A DNA stretch of 63,588 bases, the filler included, from Octopus bimaculoides (taxonomy: Eukaryota), in NCBI RefSeq assembly GCF_001194135.2. It is 8 parts of 7 records of this genome, joined end to end, with 100 filler letters (N's around TTAATTAATTAA, not from the genome) between each part and the next. Parts side by side here need not be neighbours in the genome. Positions count along the whole stretch, not along the records: positions 18,138 to 27,513 come from NC_069004.1; positions 27,614 to 40,977 come from NC_068981.1; 6 more parts are not named here. One strand, 5' to 3'. Positions 22,251-37,499 of the stretch are shown piece by piece. The position numbers and the translations under genes are program-made. The notes below the pieces were generated by a model that was given only the letters and a program-made list of their open reading frames with translations, made no database searches and had not been told where the DNA came from. Positions within the stretch are counted from its first letter, which is position 1. Each line of letters starts with the position of its first letter.

Positions 22251-22569
22251 TCTGACGATGTTCCAGTTTTCAGATAAAGCCCCGATGGTAAAATTTAATT
22301 CTATGGCAAATGAAATATTTCAACAGAAACCAAAACGAAATAGAACTATGTGATTTGTGCAATGTTAAGTTAGAATAAGCAGCGGACACGAGGTTAAAAC
22401 AAACATTGGCTTGAATAATGACGAAACAATAGCTCGTCAGATCTGTCTAAAGAAATCTAGCATTTATTAGATTAAGTTGCGTCTCAAAAGCACTGCTACA
22501 ATATAATTATATAAACCAACAAGGAATGTATTTGTGTGATTCTTTCGATTAGCTAGAAATAACAACCAA

Positions 22570-22706
22570 TCTTGGGCAAGTGTATTCTAGTATAGCTCCG
22601 GACCAACCAAAGCCTTGTGATCGGATTTGACATGCGGAAACTGAGAGAAACTCATTGTGTATATATGTGTGTATATGCATTAATATATATGTGTGTGTGT
22701 GTGTGT

Positions 22707-22738
<32 letters not shown>

Positions 22739-23425
22739 ACGTATATATCGAACAGTGAGATAAGAATGAGTGCTCAACACCACATAGGTGGAGAAAGATT
22801 CTTTATTCGTGTATTAAGGCTACTAGTGGTGTTGCATGATAAGGACGAAAACAACAAATTGTTAATAGTTGAGAACAATCTAGCATGAAACTAGTGGTAG
22901 CATTAATACACAATGGCTTTATAGTTAAGAAGCTTGATTTGTAATCACGTGGTCTGCGCGGCATCTTGGGAAAGTATTGTTTCTGTTTTAGCTATAGCTC
23001 CGAGGCGTCAATGGCTTGTGAGTGAGTTTTGTAGACATACATACATGTATACATACATACATACAAAAATACCCTGTTATGATGTTGTTGAAATTCCAAT
23101 GAAGGCACCTTGGATCTAGGTTAGAAGCCGGTTCTTTCTCTATTGGCAAGAGATCTTGAAATAAACTGAATAATGACATACATACATACAAACATACATG
23201 CATGCATACATACATACATACATACATACATGCATATACACATACATACATATAAATATTAAAACGACGGGCTTCTTTCAGTTTCCGTCTACGAAGTCCT
23301 CTCATAAAGCCTTGGTCGGGTCGAGCCTGTAGTAAAAGATAGCTTTTGCCCAAACTGCCACGCAGCTAGATTGAACGCGGAATGATGTGGTTCGAAATCA
23401 AATTCGTACCACACAACCATGCTGC
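22570..23425. mobile_element. Degenerate family C heads: 22570-22660 (+), 22900-23040 (+), 23260-23425 (-)
   Basis: cttgggcaagtgtattctagtatagc; acgacgggcttctttcagtttccgtctac...ttgcccaaactgccacgcag. Confidence 0.7.
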
Positions 23426-25060
23426 TATTTCTAACAAAACCGTCAACCATATAAAAAAATTCCCACTGTCACTTCTTTCAACTTTGGTATACCTAAGATA
23501 TCACAATCTTTCGAAGGAAAAATAATTTAAAATTCCTCAATAGTTAAAAGTTTATGCCATAATGGTTCGGTAACATATTACGTTAATATATTCTATGTTT
23601 TAGTATAATTGGTAATTCCAGAAACTCTAGAGAACTACTTGTCGCAATTAAACTTTCCTATATGCTCTGGGATTAATTCAAGTGAACATGCTACGTATAA
23701 AATTCTCGCTGAAGTTAACTTGGTTTTGATTTTAAACTCTCCATTCTGGTTTATGGCAGACAATAAAAAATACTAATGTTTAAACTAGTCTCCTGTGTAG
23801 AATTCTTTAAATATATTTATTTACCCATACAACTTACTAGAAATAGATATTCTGTTGAGCTTTCATTTTATTTTAATTTGATTTTTTGTTGATGCAAGTC
23901 CGTACGCATGTGTTAACTGCTGTAAACATTCATTTATATATGGGTGTATATATAGATTTATACGTACGCATTTTATACTTTAGACATAAATATACATATC
24001 TTTACAGATATGTCTGTTTCATTATTCTCTTCTACAATTCTGTCTTGCTCCTCTCCGTCTATGTCTGTGTGGCTGTATGTCTGTCTGTCTGTCTCTATCT
24101 TTCTCCCTTTCTGTATATATATATATATANNNNNNNNNNNNNNNNNNNNNNNNNNNNNNNNNNNNNNNNNNNNNNNNNNNNNNNNNNNNNNNNNNNNNNN
24201 NNNNNNNNNNNNNNNNNNNNNNNNNNNNNNNNNNNNNNNNNNNNNNNNNNNNNNNNNNNNNNNNNNNNNNNNNNNNNNNNNNNNNNNNNNNNNNNNNNNN
24301 NNNNNNNNNNNNNNNNNNNNNNNNNNNNNNNNNNNNNNNNNNNNNNNNNNNNNNNNNNNNNNNNNNNNNNNNNNNNNNNNNNNNNNNNNNNNNNNNNNNN
24401 NNNNNNNNNNNNNNNNNNNNNNNNNNNNNNNNNNNNNNNNNNNNNNNNNNNNNNNNNNNNNNNNNNNNNNNNNNNNNNNNNNNNNNNNNNNNNNNNNNNN
24501 NNNNNNNNNNNNNNNNNNNNNNNNNNNNNNNNNNNNNNNNNNNNNNNNNNNNNNNNNNNNNNNNNNNNNNNNNNNNNNNNNNNNNNNNNNNNNNNNNNNN
24601 NNNNNNNNNNNNNNNNNNNNNNNNNNNNNNNNNNNNNNNNNNNNNNNNNNNNNNNNNNNNNNNNNNNNNNNNNNNNNNNNNNNNNNNNNNNNNNNNNNNN
24701 NNNNNNNNNNNNNNNNNNNNNNNNNNNNNNNNNNNNNNNNNNNNNNNNNNNNNNNNNNNNNNNNNNNNNNNNNNNNNNNNNNNNNNNNNNNNNNNNNNNN
24801 NNNNNNNNNNNNNNNNNNNNNNNNNNNNNNNNNNNNNNNNNNNNNNNNNNNNNNNNNNNNNNNNNNNNNNNNNNNNNNNNNNNNNNNNNNNNNNNNNNNN
24901 NNNNNNNNNNNNNNNNNNNNNNNNNNNNNNNNNNNNNNNNNNNNNNNNNNNNNNNNNNNNNNNNNNNNNNNNNNNNNNNNNNNNNNNNNNNNNNNNNNNN
25001 NNNNNNNNNNNNNNNNNNNNNNNNNNNNNNNNNNNNNNNNNNNNNNNNNNNNNNNNNNNN

Positions 25061-25119
<59 letters not shown>

Positions 25120-25839
25120 ATATATATGTATGTATGTATGTATGTATACACACACAGGTGAAAGTATAATATGATCAAGTTTTGTTCCTTGAAGTTTCTT
25201 GATCGATCTCAGTGGAAGTACCTACTTCATTCCTTTACCTATAGAGTTCCAAGTTTTCTTGAATATTTTCATAAGCTTAGGATTAAAATCATCGAAGACT
25301 TTTGTGTCAGTGAGTTGAAAAGAAGGGCTGCGTCCATGGCAATTTGGAGAGTTTCCAAGACCGATGAAGAAAAGCGATGTTATGATTAGATGAGAGACTT
25401 AGTACAAATCTTTGCAACAGAGGAGATAATAATTTAACGGTTCCCTTAAGGAAGTTTATGATGTGAAACGAGGTGAAGGACTGAGCCTTCGATGTAGTTA
25501 TTCATCATGTATATAACCCCAATGTAATCGGTAGAACTGTACGCATGTCAAATTTTATGAAGACAATTCGTGTATAGATCTGCAAATTATATTGAATTTA
25601 GAACGATTGTACTGATGAACCACGGACGTTTTTACGTAAGTAAGGAGGTTGATGGGGAAACCGGTATACGATTAATTCTTAATTTTATATATTTTCCATT
25701 TGTCTTGCCCGCTTATGTTCTGGTGTTTGCTGAATTTTTTTTCTGGAGTACATTATTTTTTCTTTGTGGTTGGGTCGTTGATGACCTCTTTCTAGCATAT
25801 CGGATGTCCACTTAGTGGTCATCCCTTCTTATACGCATG

Positions 25840-26024
25840 ACCGTTGACTGAACACTATTCAATTTTTTTCTCCGTGTTTTTCTCCTTGTCTCCGTATTCT
25901 TTCTGTTGAAGAGCGTAGCTCGAAACGTCAAAGACTTTCCGTATTCCCGAGCGACATACTAATACATCCTTTTGTTATTTACACCACCTGTCCTCGTCTG
26001 TTGTTGTTTTTTCGTACTTTCTCC
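25840..26024 (+). mobile_element. Short interspersed repeat (Penelope pLTR-like) shared with 58820-59000
   Basis: tttctgttgaagagcgtagctcgaaacgt...aatacatccttttgtt..tacaccacctgtcctcgtctgttg is near-identical in both places. Confidence 0.75.
25898..25934 (+). ncRNA. Minimal hammerhead-like motif with CUGUUGA core
   Basis: tcttt CTGTTGA a gagc-gta-gctc GAAA cgt c aaaga; 5-bp stem I; GUC triplet. Confidence 0.5.
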
Positions 26025-26544
26025 NNNNNNNNNNNNNNNNNNNNNNNNNNNNNNNNNNNNNNNNNNNNNNNNNNNNNNNNNNNNNNNNNNNNNNNNNNNN
26101 NNNNNNNNNNNNNNNNNNNNNNNNNNNNNNNNNNNNNNNNNNNNNNNNNNNNNNNNNNNNNNNNNNNNNNNNNNNNNNNNNNNNNNNNNNNNNNNNNNNN
26201 NNNNNNNNNNNNNNNNNNNNNNNNNNNNNNNNNNNNNNNNNNNNNNNNNNNNNNNNNNNNNNNNNNNNNNNNNNNNNNNNNNNNNNNNNNNNNNNNNNNN
26301 NNNNNNNNNNNNNNNNNNNNNNNNNNNNNNNNNNNNNNNNNNNNNNNNNNNNNNNNNNNNNNNNNNNNNNNNNNNNNNNNNNNNNNNNNNNNNNNNNNNN
26401 NNNNNNNNNNNNNNNNNNNNNNNNNNNNNNNNNNNNNNNNNNNNNNNNNTTAAAAGTTACGAATATCAGACACAATCTAAATCTACAACAAATCTAATTC
26501 TGTCGTGTCGGAACCCAGTTTTCTTCGTTCATTTCCATTACAAC

Positions 26545-26595
<51 letters not shown>

Positions 26596-26969
26596 CATTA
26601 TTCCGTTCACTCTGTGTCCAAATGGAACACCAAATGAGAAATTTCCGTCCGACACACACACTAAGTGAAATTCGCAAATTTTATTAGTGAAATGAAATTT
26701 ACTTGTTATTGTTGTTCTTGCTAAGGTTGTTGTTGTTATTGTTTCTATTTGAAAGGTCACTTGTGATTGTATATTGAGTACGCCGTTGCATAAAGAGAGA
26801 CTGTTGTTTCAACCGGTGTGGAGGTTTGGCGCGGTGGTCAGACAAGATTACTTTCAATTCAATCAACTTAGAGGAGATGGACTTAGCAGATCTATAAGCT
26901 GATGGAAATGCTGCGGTGAGATTCAAATTGGAAACTAATTTCATATCCGGACATTTTTCAATAGTTTGG

Positions 26970-29020
<2,051 letters not shown>

Positions 29021-29229
29021 ATTATTATACTTTGTTCTGACCGCATCAGACGCGAGAGAAAGTAAATAATTTACCCTTTCAGGAATTTGCTATTGTTAGT
29101 TTTTGTGTTTCCTTTCATTGCAGAACTGATCACAGCCTTAAAGGCTTGGTTAGTTCTTTTTGTCTCTCTTTCTTTAGGTCTATATTATGAGCAGATTTTG
29201 TTATCCCTACCCACCAAAAATTCAAAATA

Positions 29230-31510
29230 ACATCCAATATGGCGCCGTTTTCTTTAGCCGGACCAGCAGAAGAGGATGGAAAAGGGAAGAACAATTAGTG
29301 TAGTGGGTGATGCTGCGACTTAAAGTCCTTTTCCTTTGTTATTTTCATCGACGAAAGCTTTCGCACCTCACTTTCCTTAAACATGATTAGCACTCAACTA
29401 GATAGATTCCTCACGATCGCTTCAAATCGCTATCTCTGCGGTTACTCCTACTGAATACACACACACACATAACATGACAAAGACTGCTTTCTGAACATGG
29501 CAAAGGTTGTTCTTCAGAGACCTCAAATACTTCAAACTCCATCAACATCTAGAGTTGCCAGACCAGGGATTTCTGGAAATTGTCCCAGGCTGATAGTCCT
29601 CGGAAACAGACAGCTCAGTTACTGTTTGAACATGCCAAGTGTCTCTCGGAGGCGATGTTTGTGTTCGTCACCTCAGCTCAACTTTTCAACAATGGCTTCC
29701 TCTCAGCCCACTTTTTGGTGAGATTGAAAAATTTACTAACTTCGTTCCAATTGCTGTCTACCTAGATGTGTAGCTTGAATCAAATTCAAAGCACTTTAAC
29801 CAAACCCATGGGTGTCGAACTTGCCTTTCCAGGAGCTGATTTGTAAACCCACGAACTTGTCAATATTAATGTTTACTCCTCTTATTACGTTGTGTTCTGT
29901 CAGTGGTGCCGACCACCTTCATTTTCGTGGTGGCTGACACTATGACATTAGTGCAGTTCGCGTATACCAGCACTATCTTTCTGCATCCCTGTTCGAGCAT
30001 TGTGTCCCTCAACACTGTAGATTCCGTAGCAATTCCGCAAGAGTCAAAATATATTGGATCAACCACTGACGAACCTAACGTATGGTTCGAAGCGGTTCCA
30101 ATAAGTCACAATATAGTAAAATCACCGAACTGATGCCGTTGTGCGCTGAAATGTTCCAGCTTCTAAAAACAGAATAAAGTCGACTGCACTGAAGGACATC
30201 ACTAAATACTGATAGTCAAACACATCGAAGGCTTTGAATCGATCCAAATAGATAAGGAATCCACTGTAACCAGATTTATTAGATGTATCAAGTACGGTGG
30301 AATTTTTTGTGGACACATCTTTCGAAAATATTACAGGTTTGTGTGATCTCAACTGTAAAGCAGAACCAAATTCTTTATGATCATTTTGGCCAAAATCTTA
30401 ATCTGCATTAAAAAACGGTATGTGCCGAAACTTGTTGATAGCGTCCTCTAGTAACACCACCATTTCCTGGCTTACAGAGCTGGACAGTGTTTTACTGGTT
30501 GCAGTACACGTCTGTCAAAACGTTTATTGCAACTAGAATCTGAAAAGAGGCAAAAAAACAAGTTTGGTATTTATCCATAAAGGTCGTGGAGTAGGCCTTC
30601 CAATCCAGGTGGTTTGCCCCTCACACTGTCACTTTCTGTCAACCGTATCTCAGTTGCTGTTTTACATATATCTTTATCTTTCCTGTCAAGAGTCATCAGA
30701 GGCCGTTGAGGGAGGCACATAGTTCACCATCTCTGGCCAACCACTACAGTCTGGAAAAGTGCTACTGAAAAACCGCATATGTCTATCTGGAATCGAAAAG
30801 CTTCTCCAAGTTGAAATCCGTCAAATACTTAAATGTGTCTTTGTTTTCACATCTCACCTCTAGCTGGATACATCGAGCGACTTTCGAACCTCCATGTTTA
30901 AGATCATTTGCCTTAACTATGATAACAAAACCTTCATGTTTTACGCCGAAGAAATAGGCGAGCGCCATTTTCTTCGTTAACATTCCGGTCACGATGCCTT
31001 TTCTAATTACCTTCTCTAATTCACTTATTAGCTCGCTCTCTAATCTATCTTGCCTATCATAGCTCTTCTATGTCCTATCACTTCTACTCTAATGACTATA
31101 TTCAGAGAGACCTACTACTGGTTGTTGACGATTCTCCCTGTCAACATCTTATAAGTTCACTAGTCTGGTCGCTACAGACTTTCCATAAATGTAAAAGTAC
31201 ATTCAGCTTCCAGTAGCCAGGCTCCCGTCTATTCATCTTATCATTGGTTCACTTCAGAAAATAAACTTGTAGTCTGTATAGCTGACACTGAGACATCCTA
31301 CGCTATCCGTATCTGCTGACATAAATACTCTATCTAGATACGATTTAGATGACCCGATGCAGTTTGACAAATTTCCGTTGGCATATGAGGGGAATCCAAT
31401 CGGGAGAACGGTTTCGATGTTCTGTGTGCATCTCAGGAAGGCTCGACTTACGACAATACAATGCGTATAGAGTTTATCACTAAATGAAAATGTTTTGAAG
31501 TTCAAGAAAG
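29230..31510 (-). mobile_element. L1/Tx1-clade LINE ORF2, heavily decayed (APE C-terminus, RT, C-terminal region)
   Basis: YLDRVF...SYTDYKF (APE); RGKPPGLEGL; IYLDRFKAFDVFDYQYL (RT); EQG..LVYANCTNVIVS; DNFQKSLVWQ. Confidence 0.75.
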
Positions 31511-31959
31511 ATCTATAAAGTCAGTTTCTGCTTTCAACTGTAGCTACAGTAAAGATTTATAAAAATTTCTCTTTTGAAAGTAATAATCGAGACTCTTAAC
31601 ACCTCTTACAATGTTTTGTTCACATTCTGGCAGAAGAAATGAATCTGCTTTTTTTCCCCGACGAGCTTTTACTGCAATTAGGGTAGGCTCTGGTGTAATT
31701 AACAAGATTCATTTGTCAGGTTGCGGGCAAAAGCGAATAAACAGATCCATTTTCAGTGATGCTACAGGCAAGACATGAATGTTGAATAATTATTATTCTC
31801 TTATTCTCTTTATCGCTCTCTCCTTCTGTCTGTCTCTCTCCCCCTCTCTCTCCCAACTTCTCTCTCGTTTCTAATCTAACAGCAGTTAAGGAAATTTATG
31901 GGCGTGTTCAATTGTTAATATTCTTTTGTTTGTGCAAATATCACTTCACTATTCAAATT

Positions 31960-32400
31960 TTCATCAATGAAGATGAAGACATTCTCAAATCTCTTGACTC
32001 CGGTCAGTTCTTGGAGTGATATTTATTGATCTTCAGTAAACATGTGACACTGTTATCTTAATAGTCTATTAGAAAAAGAAAATCTTTTTGAGAATGTTCG
32101 TGATCTTACTAATTCATAGCTTGGATCATGCATGTCATTGCATTGTCAGCATGTCTCTGCGTAAGGTTTTCATTCGTCGAAGAAATATGTCAGTCATACG
32201 GTTCCACAGGGATCTATATTTGGTCATATGTTATTCCAACTATATATTAATGACCTCTGCCAGACTTTTAGATATTGCGAAACCCACTACACTGCAAAGG
32301 ACATTCAAGTAGTTATATCTGACTAGTGTCTAGAATTGGTCGGGAAAGAATTAACACTGATCTTAAAGGTCTGAAAGAGGCTCGTTGCTATAAAACTACA
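31960..32400 (+). mobile_element. L2/CR1-type RT fragment
   Basis: SLDSGQFLGVIFIDL...; VPQGSIFGHMLFQLYINDL...HYTAKDIQ (degenerate YADD). Confidence 0.75.
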
Positions 32401-32679
32401 GCTTAATACAGATTTCATATTGCTTTAAAAGAGTAGTCAATAATATAGATTCATATCACTGTGTGTACCTTCTCACGATGCTTACTTTAAAAGTTAAATG
32501 GACTGTATCAGTGTAAGTTGTTTCTTCTTCCAAGGACACAGTGAATAGCTAGCAATCAGAAACAAACCGTTAAGAATTCAGCTGATATATTAGGACACTA
32601 TTTATGAAAGTGGATTCCTTAAAAAACATTGAGGTTCCGTGAGATAAAGTGTCTTTTAATAAAATTCAATACATATATA

Positions 32680-34460
32680 TACATACATTGCTGAAATGCA
32701 TCAGCAGTTTCATTAGAGACGATCTAGATATGCACCTACCAAAAACAACTAATGAAGAGACCTTATTGGTTTCCTTCGATGTTATTAATCTTTACACCAA
32801 TATCCCACATGACTATGGAATAGAAGCAATAAAATTTTGGCTGAAAAAGTACCCCGAAGAACTTCCGGAACCCATAAAGTAGGTTTTTACTATTGAAACT
32901 TTAAAATTTATATTTCAGAACAATTATTTCCTATTTGATGACACCTACTATCGTAAAAAATTCGGAATTGCGATGGGAACGAAAGCACCCCCTGTTCTTG
33001 CGAACCTAATAATGGGATATTTTGAATTTACCAAATATGAAATGTCACTGAAAAAATATGGACATCCATTTCACCAGCATATGAGAGAAAACTGGAAAAG
33101 ACATTTCGATGACTGCTTTATCATTTGGAATGAGACCGTTGATAAACTTTTGGAATTTAAGTCAATATTAAACGATATAAACCCTAACATTCAATTTACA
33201 ATGGAATATAGCAAAGAACAGGTCCCTTTCTTAGAAAAAAATCAACAACCAAATTGTAACTGATATTTATCATAAACCAACGGGCTCGAAACAATATCTT
33301 CTTTTTAGCTCATGCCACCCGAAACACATGAACAGAAATATCCCCTTTAATTTAGCAAAAAGGATTTGCACAATAGTGTCTGATGGAAATACCTGGGACC
33401 TGCGTCTTCAAGACCTCAGAACAACACTAACTGAGAGACAATATCCACCCTCACTTATAGACGGTGGAATTAAGCGTGCCAAGAAATTAGGCATTAAAAC
33501 ACTAAGGTAAACAAAACGAACCACCACACCTCATCTCAAAACACTACCGTATATGTCAACTCACACCCCTAGAAACAATGAGGCATATAACACTATTGAA
33601 CAAAATCGATCTATGCTCACAAGGGATCCAAAAATGAACAGCATTCTGAAAACACATAAATTCATCAAATGCAAAATGTAACACAAATCGCTGAAACGAC
33701 TTCTGACAAATGTGAAGATTTACACAACAACCACGAAACCAACGGTTGAAAACTGTGGACTCCCAAACAGTGGAACATGCCTCAACCTGTTGGAAGGCTC
33801 GGAATTCCTATTCAAACAAGAGGAGAGGTTCACAATTAAAACCAACTTCACTTGTGCCTCCGAGAATCTAATTCATGTTACAACTTGTTCAGGCTGTGGA
33901 CATAACTATATAAGACAGACAAGTATGGCACTTAGACGGACAACCACACTAAATAAGGAATAGAACCGTTTCCCACAGTACAGTCAGATTCCTTTGAGTG
34001 AACACAGAGAGAGATGTGCAGGTAATATCCAACCAAACTTCATGGTTTTCCCCATGTACCAGTGCAAAGAAACAATTTCTGTACAAGAACGTTTAAATAA
34101 AAAAAAAGACTATTTATCGAGAAATACAGATCACGCCTAAATATGAACGCATAACCAACTTTGTATATATTTTAATTCATGTTCACATGCCCATCACTGT
34201 ACATATTTCATCTCGCTACTTTAACTTTTGAGTTTTTGTATATTTATTTATCCCCTCCTCAAAATATGAGCAATTACCTTCCCTGTCCCGAGTAATAACG
34301 ATCACCAAACACCTCCCCTTAGATTTCCTACTTGTTGATTCATTTCATTCACAAACCCCCATACACAACAAGGACTAAAATCTTAAGAAAATACGAAATT
34401 ACAATAATTTTAAGGTCATGATTAGCGAAAGCGAAACCGGTCGACAAGCACAATACTCTT
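32680..34460 (+). mobile_element. Penelope-like element: RT + GIY-YIG endonuclease pseudogene with 3' terminal region
   Basis: LVSFDVINLYTNIPH, GIAMGTKAPPVLANLIMG, RHFDDCFIIW, TDIYHKPT, CHPKH..NIPFNLAKRI, FTCASENLI..TCSGCGHNYIRQT; several stops and frameshifts. Confidence 0.92.
34417..34442 (+). ncRNA. Degenerate minimal hammerhead motif at the Penelope 3' end
   Basis: catgatta gc-gaaa-gc GAAA ccgg tc (palindromic ACCGGT); core deviates from CTGATGA. Confidence 0.4.
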
Positions 34461-34878
34461 TCACTTATAAAATATATTAAAACTATGTAAACTGTGTATA
34501 TTTTCTTCTCTTATATATATACATATATATANNNNNNNNNNNNNNNNNNNNNNNNNNNNNNNNNNNNNNNNNNNNNNNNNNNNNNNNNNNNNNNNNNNNN
34601 NNNNNNNNNNNNNNNNNNNNNNNNNNNNNNNNNNNNNNNNNNNNNNNNNNNNNNNNNNNNNNNNNNNNNNNNNNNNNNNNNNNNNNNNNNNNNNNNNNNN
34701 NNNNNNNNNNNNNNNNNNNNNNNNNNNNNNNNNNNNNNNNNNNNNNNNNNNNNNNNNNNNNNNNNNNNNNNNNNNNNNNNNNNNNNNNNNNNNNNNNNNN
34801 NNNNNNNNNNNNNNNNNNNNNNNNNNNNNNNNNNNNNNNNNNNNNNNNNNNNNNNNNNNNNNNNNNNNNNNNNNNNNN

Positions 34879-34914
<36 letters not shown>

Positions 34915-35043
34915 TACTGCGGTATTCCTAACGTATATCCAGTGACATATCATAACTGTGCATGACACCAGGCATCCTAGATGGTGAAAGTGCTTTAATC
35001 GGCATACTACTAAGCATATACCCGAGGTCCAAGTATTTATATA

Positions 35044-36321
35044 TATCAGGTCACTAAGAATGAAATATCCAATTTTGAACTGAAAGTTTATTTTACTTTA
35101 TCGCAATAAAAAAAGCAATGCAGTTAATCAAAGTATGCACCTAAATTATCAACACAATTTTGCCATTTTATCGGTAGCTTATTTATGCCAGCAGAGAAGA
35201 ATTCTGGAGAGCAAGAGGTGATGGAATCACGAAAGGCTGTTTTTGCATCTTCTTTAGAGTTGAAGCTTTTCCCTTGCAAAAAATTGTCTAATGACTGGAA
35301 AACATGACAGTCAGTTGGTACAAGGTCTGGTCAATATGATGGATGACAGAGTACTCCCAAATTCATTTCCTATAACTTGAGTAGCGTTCTTTGTGCAATA
35401 TGTGGTCTTGCAAAAGAATAGGCTTGTCTCTATTGAACAATATCGGTTGCTTAATTGCAAGTTTACTCATCATTCCATCCAATTGGTTGATGTATACATC
35501 CGTTGTAATTGACTTACCAAATCTTATGAAGCTGTAGTGGATGACACTATCGCTGGACCACCAACCAGACACCATTAGCTTTTTTGGTGAATATTCTTTT
35601 TGGATTGTGTTTTGGCACTTCGTCTCTATTCAACCACCGTGTAGAACTCTTGCTATTGTTGAAAAGAATCCATTTTTCATCTCACGTAACAATACGAAGC
35701 AAAAATGGTTCGCTTTTTTGCCGTGACAGCAAAGAACAACAAGTTTCAAGACGACGTGTCATTTGATGCTCATTCAGTTCGTGTGGTACCCACTTGTCCA
35801 GTTTCTTTACCTTGCCGATTTGTTTGAGATGGTCCAATACAGTTGGAATCGAAACACCAAACCTTGCTGTTAGCTCACGCGTTGTTTGAGATTTATCCGC
35901 TTCCACTACAGTTTCCAGCTCATCATTATTCACCTTGGTCTCAGGTCTCAGGTCTACCACGGGGCTGATTTTCAAGAGCAAAGTCACCCAACTGGAACTT
36001 CTCAAACCCATGACGTACAGCGCACTCATTCGCCACATCTTTACCAAACACCATATTGATGTTTCAAGCTGTCTGGGATGTTCCACGACGGGACTCATTC
36101 ATAAACAACACGAATTTTTTATCTGTTCATGGGTTCACAAAAATTGATTTATTAGAGAAAACTTACAATGTAATCAGACACAATGAATTATATTTCGAAA
36201 AATGATGATGTAACTCTTCAATGTTGTAAAACAAAGAACTGTCAGGATAAAACATTAGAGTTAACGATTGTCAAACTTGGTGCATAAGAAAAGCGGACAT
36301 TTCATTCTTAATGACCTGATA
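35044..36321 (-). mobile_element. Full-length mariner (Hsmar1/Mos1-like), transposase pseudogenised
   Basis: TIRs tatcaggtcactaagaatgaaatatcc and ggacatttcattcttaatgacctgata; left TA, right TG; ~1.28 kb; WVPHEL, IVT*DEKW, LLQDH; stop at 35124-35126. Confidence 0.92.
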
Positions 36322-37499
36322 TGTATATATATGGAAAGAAATGTATTCCCACGCAGGAAAAAATATAGGAGAGTTTGCTTTGGGATTTGAAAATGCACCT
36401 GAATTTGAAAAGCGTGTAGTTGTTTTTAAATAGATTTATTCCCATACATACCAAACTAGTTTCAACAATTTTTTGTTTATGAATGGTGCAAATATGTATG
36501 AAGACTTAAAATCCAGACTTAAAAAAGTANNNNNNNNNNNNNNNNNNNNNNNNNNNNNNNNNNNNNNNNNNNNNNNNNNNNNNNNNNNNNNNNNNNNNNN
36601 NNNNNNNNNNNNNNNNNNNNNNNNNNNNNNNNNNNNNNNNNNNNNNNNNNNNNNNNNNNNNNNNNNNNNNNNNNNNNNNNNNNNNNNNNNNNNNNNNNNN
36701 NNNNNNNNNNNNNNNNNNNNNNNNNNNNNNNNNNNNNNNNNNNNNNNNNNNNNNNNNNNNNNNNNNNNNNNNNNNNNNNNNNNNNNNNNNNNNNNNNNNN
36801 NNNNNNNNNNNNNNNNNNNNNNNNNNNNNNNNNNNNNNNNNNNNNNNNNNNNNNNNNNNNNNNNNNNNNNNNNNNNNNNNNNNNNNNNNNNNNNNNNNNN
36901 NNNNNNNNNNNNNNNNNNNNNNNNNNNNNNNNNNNNNNNNNNNNNNNNNNNNNNNNNNNNNNNNNNNNNNNNNNNNNNNNNNNNNNNNNNNNNNNNNNNN
37001 NNNNNNNNNNNNNNNNNNNNNNNNNNNNNNNNNNNNNNNNNNNNNNNNNNNNNNNNNNNNNNNNNNNNNNNNNNNNNNNNNNNNNNNNNNNNNNNNNNNN
37101 NNNNNNNNNNNNNNNNNNNNNNNNNNNNNNNNNNNNNNNNNNNNNNNNNNNNNNNNNNNNNNNNNNNNNNNNNNNNNNNCCCCCCAGTCGCTGTATTTAC
37201 CCACTGTCAACTTTTGATATCAAACTTCGAACGTCTGGGTTTTCTGTCTGGCCATAATACCCAGCAACCGATTCATGAATTAGTAATCAATTAGTAATCA
37301 GTCGTATCGATTAATTGACATCACTGATCATTCTATAGGAATTGTTCGACAACTAGAAATAAGCTTTCAAATTTCCTTGAAATCATCATATTTCTACTGT
37401 TTTTAGAAAAGGACAGATTGAAATAATATTGCTTTAGACGCACACTGCTAGAAAGGGAAATCAAAACTAGAATGATTTTCATCACACGAAGGTAAGCAA

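Noticed and set aside
25170-25830. Possible decayed LINE or Penelope coding sequence upstream of the 25840 repeat
   Set aside because: No diagnostic RT or endonuclease motif could be read in any frame.
34879-34910. Poly(A) as a retrocopy tail
   Set aside because: Its 5' side is a gap, so no parent element is visible.
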